Assembly (NCBI GenBank): GCA_002269645.1
Contig: NIVC01002036.1
Span: 124,001 to 188,000 of the forward strand
Source of the DNA: Macrostomum lignano
Lineage: Eukaryota
Length of the DNA stretch: 64,000 bases
Direction: 5' to 3'
Shown one piece after another: positions 59,487 to 64,000 of this stretch. Made by a program: the position numbers and the translations under genes. The notes beneath the pieces are model-generated. The model was not told the DNA's origin and did not search any database. It saw only the letters and a program-made list of their open reading frames with translations. How positions within the stretch are numbered: position 1 is the stretch's first letter; each line of letters begins with the position of its first letter.

Positions 59487-62400
59487 ATGCAATCCGACGC
59501 CAATGCAGAGACTCGGACTTCATCAGTTCGCAAGTGGCTGCATGAGCAGAACAGTCCAGAAGAGATCAGAGACCCGGCTACCGGATGGACTCAACTTCAT
59601 TCGGCAGTGTGGCGCAATGAAATTGAAACGGTTCGCTCCCTGATCGAAGCCATGGCTGATGTCGATGCAACCACAACAAACGGATCAACGGCCGTGCACT
59701 TGGCTGTTCGCCGAGGTCATCTGCAAGCTCTGCGCTTGCTGATGGCAGCTCAGGCGGATTCAAGCCTCGCAACATTGTCCGGCGAGACCCCAGTGACCGA
59801 GGCTGCTGCCCTGTGCAATTCCGAGATGGTGCAGCTCCTCCTATCCGAGCTCTGCCCTGTATCGGAGATGCAACTAAACTTGTCGCTATTCACAGCCGCC
59901 CTCAACTGCGATTTAAGTGCTGCGGTGGCTCTAGTACAGGCCGGGGCGGACTTGAACTTTCAAACAGCCGTTTGTTTTCCGGTTGGCAATGTTGGTCGTC
60001 TTCAGGCAAGCAATAATCGCCGAGAACGAGCTATCAACTCCGCGGGAAACACTATCCTTCAAGCTGCCGTTTTGGGTGGCAGTCCTTCGGTAGTCAGCTT
60101 ATTGGTAGCCAACATGACCGATGTCGATCTTGCAAACGATGACGGGATATCAGCACTGCAAAATGCGGTGCTGGTTGGAAACGCCGAACTTGTTTCGATT
60201 CTGCTGGCAGCTCAAGCCAGTGCGAATGCCAAAGATTCGATTGGCTGGTCGGCGCTCAGCGTCGCTGCAGAAGATGGACTTGATAATATCGTTGCAGCTC
60301 TTATCGCTAGCAACAGCTCGGTTGATAGGTGCAACAATCGTCAATTGACTCCTCTCCACTACGCTTCGCAGAATGGGCACTTGACTGTGGTGAAGGCGCT
60401 AATTAAGGCCGGAGCAAACATTCAGTGCTCAGACAGCAACCAATCGACACCCCTACACAGTGCAGCGATGAGTGGACACGCCAAAGTCGTGGCCGTCCTA
60501 ATTTCCGCCGGGGCCGATGTCAACAGTCCTGATTCGAGTGGAGATTCGCCAATTTTCATGGCAGCTCAGCACGGCTACGATCGCATTGTATCGCTGCTGA
60601 TAGAAAATGGTGCATACGTCGACATGCAAGAGAACGCAGGCGATTCGCCTTTGCAGTTCGCAGCTAATCACGGCCACGCTGACGTCGTGTCGATGCTGAT
60701 CGAATCTGGGGCAGAAATCGATCTTAGGGAAAGCATCGGTTGGACCGCCTTGCACGTTGTTTCCCAGCAGAGCAAAGCCGCAGTTGCCGAAGTGCTGATC
60801 AAGGCCGGCTGTCAAATTGACATTCGCGAATTTGATGGATGGACTCCGCTTCACGTGGCCATGCTGCAAGGCGGGCCAACTGATGTTGTTGCTAAGCTTA
60901 TTGAAGCAGGGGCCAATGTAGAACTTGTTGACAAAGATGGCTGGTCACCTCTTCACTTTGCTGCAGCATTTGGCCAGTTTCACCTCATCGAGCTCTTCTG
61001 GAATCCGAAGACTTGTCAGACAGCTGCTGGTTCCTGTCGGCAGGACATCGAATTCCGCGACGAATTTACTGATGAGGCGACAGAGGACAGGCAACTCTCA
61101 GTCAAACTGTCCTCCGCCATGTCTGATGCGGGATTCAACCAAGCAGCAGCCACTTTACAGGTGGGCTCAGGCGCGGTTCTTCAAGACCTGATCAGGCTGA
61201 GGTGCGAGTGCAGGGACTTCTTCGTCTTTGGAAGCTTTGCCGACGGTTGGGGCAGCAGTCTGACGGGAATCGATGGTCGGATCGATGACGACTCAGACAT
61301 CGACATTACAAGAATTTTGGCCGGAACAAAGCTGCATATTGTCAGCTCGCTTGACTCGGACAGCAACGCCACCTGCCCTAACGAATGCACACCGGTTCGT
61401 TACGAGAATGGACATGTCGAGTTTCTCATCAATGGTGAGCTTATTGAATTCTCCTAAAGTCCCCAACCACTCTACGTTGTATCAAACTTTTCAACTCCAT
61501 ACACGGATAGATTTTTGTGCTCTCAGCACCCAGCTCCCAAGCACCCAGCTACAGCTCTTGCCCTTGGGTCTCATTCAGGAGCTCCCGTCCCACCTCCGTA
61601 GTATAGCATCAGGGAGCAGCAGGAGCTACTCACGCTTGCCCGGTAACCAAACCAATCAGTCATGCGAACTCTTAGCAAGCCGGTTCTAGCTGTTGGCATG
61701 AGGATGAGACCCTCGGCATTTATTCTCAGCCTCAGACAGTAATGAATGGGGCTGCAAAAGAAAAATGCCAGAATTCACTACACCAGTTTTACAGCAGCTG
61801 GCAATTATGGAACGTTTCGAAATGTAACAATACTAGCTAACTCCCACCATCACTTCAGTTACGAGGCCAAATCAAATGAACGAGGGATCGCCCTTGTGCC
61901 CCGCAATCGATGAGATTCGAGCCCACCCGTGCTGCAACTACCCACCAGTGCAGGTGCTGCAGCCCTCCTATCGGTCTCGCATGCCAGACGTTATGCTTGA
62001 GGCCTTGCGCGGCTGCCTGCAAAACTCGGAGTGCCATGCAGTCTCGGCCTCACCGCCGGGAATGGCTGGCAGCCGCATGCGCGTCAGCACCACGCATCTC
62101 GAGCGAGCAGTGATGCAGCGTCTCTCCACTGTTCAAGGACAGCTGTTTATCGTCTTAAAGTACCTCATCAAGAAAGTGATAGCAAAGCAAGCCACTGGAA
62201 TAAAGACCTACCATGCTAAAAACCTGCTTTTCTATATGCTCGACGAGACTCCGAAAGAGCTCTGGAAGCCAGAAAACTTGCTGCTGCTAGTTCGACTGTC
62301 ACTACAGCTGTTGCAAGAGGGTCTCCGAACGGTGACGCAGAGTAGGAGCGAGTGCATGAGGCACTTCTTCCTGCGGGACGCCGCAGTGTACTTGCGCGGC

Positions 62401-63255
62401 GATCACCAGTCCAAAGAGGTGATCAGTCGCGTGGTGACAGGTGTGCTGTCAGATTTGCCGGACCTGCTCGCAAAGTACAAAAGTATTCTGCGAATCCAAG
62501 CCTCGGGCGGCGTGATCAGGTTTCACCCTTTCACGATTCTCATCTCAACATCCGACACGTCTTCTTATTTGGACGAAGCAATCGAACTGCCGTGCCACAG
62601 AATTTACCCCATCATCAAGCGCGTGATTGCGGAACTGGCTAAAGATGCTGCCGACATGGAGGCTGAATCACAAAATATCGTGGAGAATTTAATCAACAGA
62701 TTATCAGATTGTGCCAGAACGACAAGGGAATGCCTGAGAGCCCTGATGTGTCTGAAATTCGGACTGCCATTGCGCTTGGATGCTGAAGTAAGCCTCCAGT
62801 GTGGCAGTCGAGACATTCACTGTCCACGTGACCAACCCCTATCTGTTGATGAAGCAAAAGTGCTAATTTGGAATCACCTTCAAAGCACCGACTCTGCCGT
62901 GAAATTCTGCTTCAAGTTTAACGAAAAGCCGGTCTTCGAATTTCTGCCCTGCCACATCAGTGAAGCTTTCCCAGCTCCAACTTACTCCTATACGAACTAC
63001 TTCTATGTGAACTTCGACGCACTGATGAAGACTTTGCAGCTGGAGTTCGGCTTGAGCAGTCCAAGCAGTCGTGCTGCTCTGTTTGAAGAACTGCTCAACA
63101 GCAGCGAGCCTGACACACAGGAGCTTCAGATGGCGCTGAACTACTGCCAGGACGATGAGCTGCTGGTCCGCCTGGTGCACAAGCACAGAGACTGCATCGC
63201 TGCCAGCAGACTTTTTGACGAGTTCCTTCGAGAGTACAAGTCTCGGGTAAGCTGA
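59487..63255 (+). CDS. Ankyrin-repeat / Mab-21 (cGAS-like, cGLR) nucleotidyltransferase fusion, 2 exons (59487-61434, 61859-63255), 1114 aa
   Basis: About 14 ankyrin repeats (e.g. TPLHYASQNGHLTVVKALIKAGAN). NTase signature FGSFADGW...DSDIDI (G582-S583, D604, D606). The phase-1 intron 61435-61858 (AATG|GTGAGC ... cttcag|TT) joins the two ORF-track ORFs in frame. Then IDEIRAHPCCNYP, RVSTTHLERAVM, LKYLIKK, IKTYHAKNLLFYML, W and MRHFFL, typical of the Mab-21 C-lobe. Confidence 0.85.
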
Positions 63256-64000
63256 AGCTAAAGCCTCAGTTGCACCTGCCATTTGTAAAGCTCATCTGTG
63301 CCGCTCCTGTTTCAGATTGGAATGCTAACAACTTGCGAAAGACTCGCCTTTTCTGCGCTGGGAAGATCTGTGCCTATGCAGGTAAGCGAAATGATTCGAT
63401 CATTTTTGCCTGTTTTGATGCAGTTGTCAACCTTGAATCTGCATTGTCAGCCTGTAATTTGCAGCATCTGCACCAACTGGAGACTTCTGAGTCAGAGGAT
63501 TCGAGATGATGTGAGAGCGACATTGTCCAAACAGTTACCTGTATTCATAACTTCTTCTGTTTCAACTGTACTCGCATCTTCTACGGTAGTCTGCTGTAGT
63601 GGGCAGCACAAAAACCTTTGTTCCAGGAAGAGCCAGAAACCATTGATGCACTGATTAACTGGTAGAGTTTGTTTTAAGTCTCTCACTTGTCCTGTAATTA
63701 TTCATTTTTTAATAAATATGAGCTACCAGTCATCATCTTCAGTTCTTCAGGCAGTTTACAATTTGCCAAAACCAACTGGCCTCTTTTTCCTTAAATTATT
63801 CAAAGCATTTTTTCTGTATGCACTTTCAACAACTGCATTAAGGTTTAAAAACGAGCTGAATTACATAAAAACTTTAGCAGCACTTGAAGTTAAAGCGAGT
63901 CATAATTTTTAGAAGACACTCATGTACTGAGGAGCTGAGGTTGCGCAATATATTTAGCGAAATTGCTCGAACATTGCGCGCGTGTTGTTCTATTTTTACA

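Noticed and set aside
61527-61642. Extra exon inside the cGLR intron (ctcag|CACCC...CCCG|GTAACC)
   Set aside because: At 116 nt it has a TAG in the frame required by the upstream donor and exits in the wrong phase. The direct 61434-61859 join is in frame. It could only be a poison exon.

Overview
Eukaryotic (animal) genomic DNA with GT-AG introns. GC/CpG-rich exons, intron minisatellites and the gene repertoire suggest a free-living flatworm such as Macrostomum; this is inference only. Host genes: (1) a 22-exon centriolin (CNTRL) gene, minus strand 872-24629, whose exon phases all fit except for one extra base in exon 5; (2) a 4-KH FUBP/PSI-type gene, minus strand 40117-46530; (3) an intronless, divergent TRPV-like channel gene nested antisense in FUBP intron 1 (43277-45184); (4) a divergent MOB2 (56007-56788); (5) a 2-exon gene fusing about 14 ankyrin repeats to a Mab-21/cGAS-like nucleotidyltransferase with intact GS and DxD motifs (59487-63255). 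The fifth is the best candidate for an undescribed immune-signalling module. Mobile DNA: an apparently complete 8.46-kb CMC/EnSpm transposon (30844-39302) with TIRs, an AA TSD, an intact transposase and an intact 6-exon accessory gene; a decayed Crypton-type tyrosine-recombinase element (52068-55278); several MITE-like elements; and a tRNA-derived CORE-like SINE. Most introns of the two long genes each carry their own minisatellite, which explains most ORF-track entries. No rRNA, true tRNA gene or CRISPR array is supported. All assignments come from reading motifs by eye; no database search was run.
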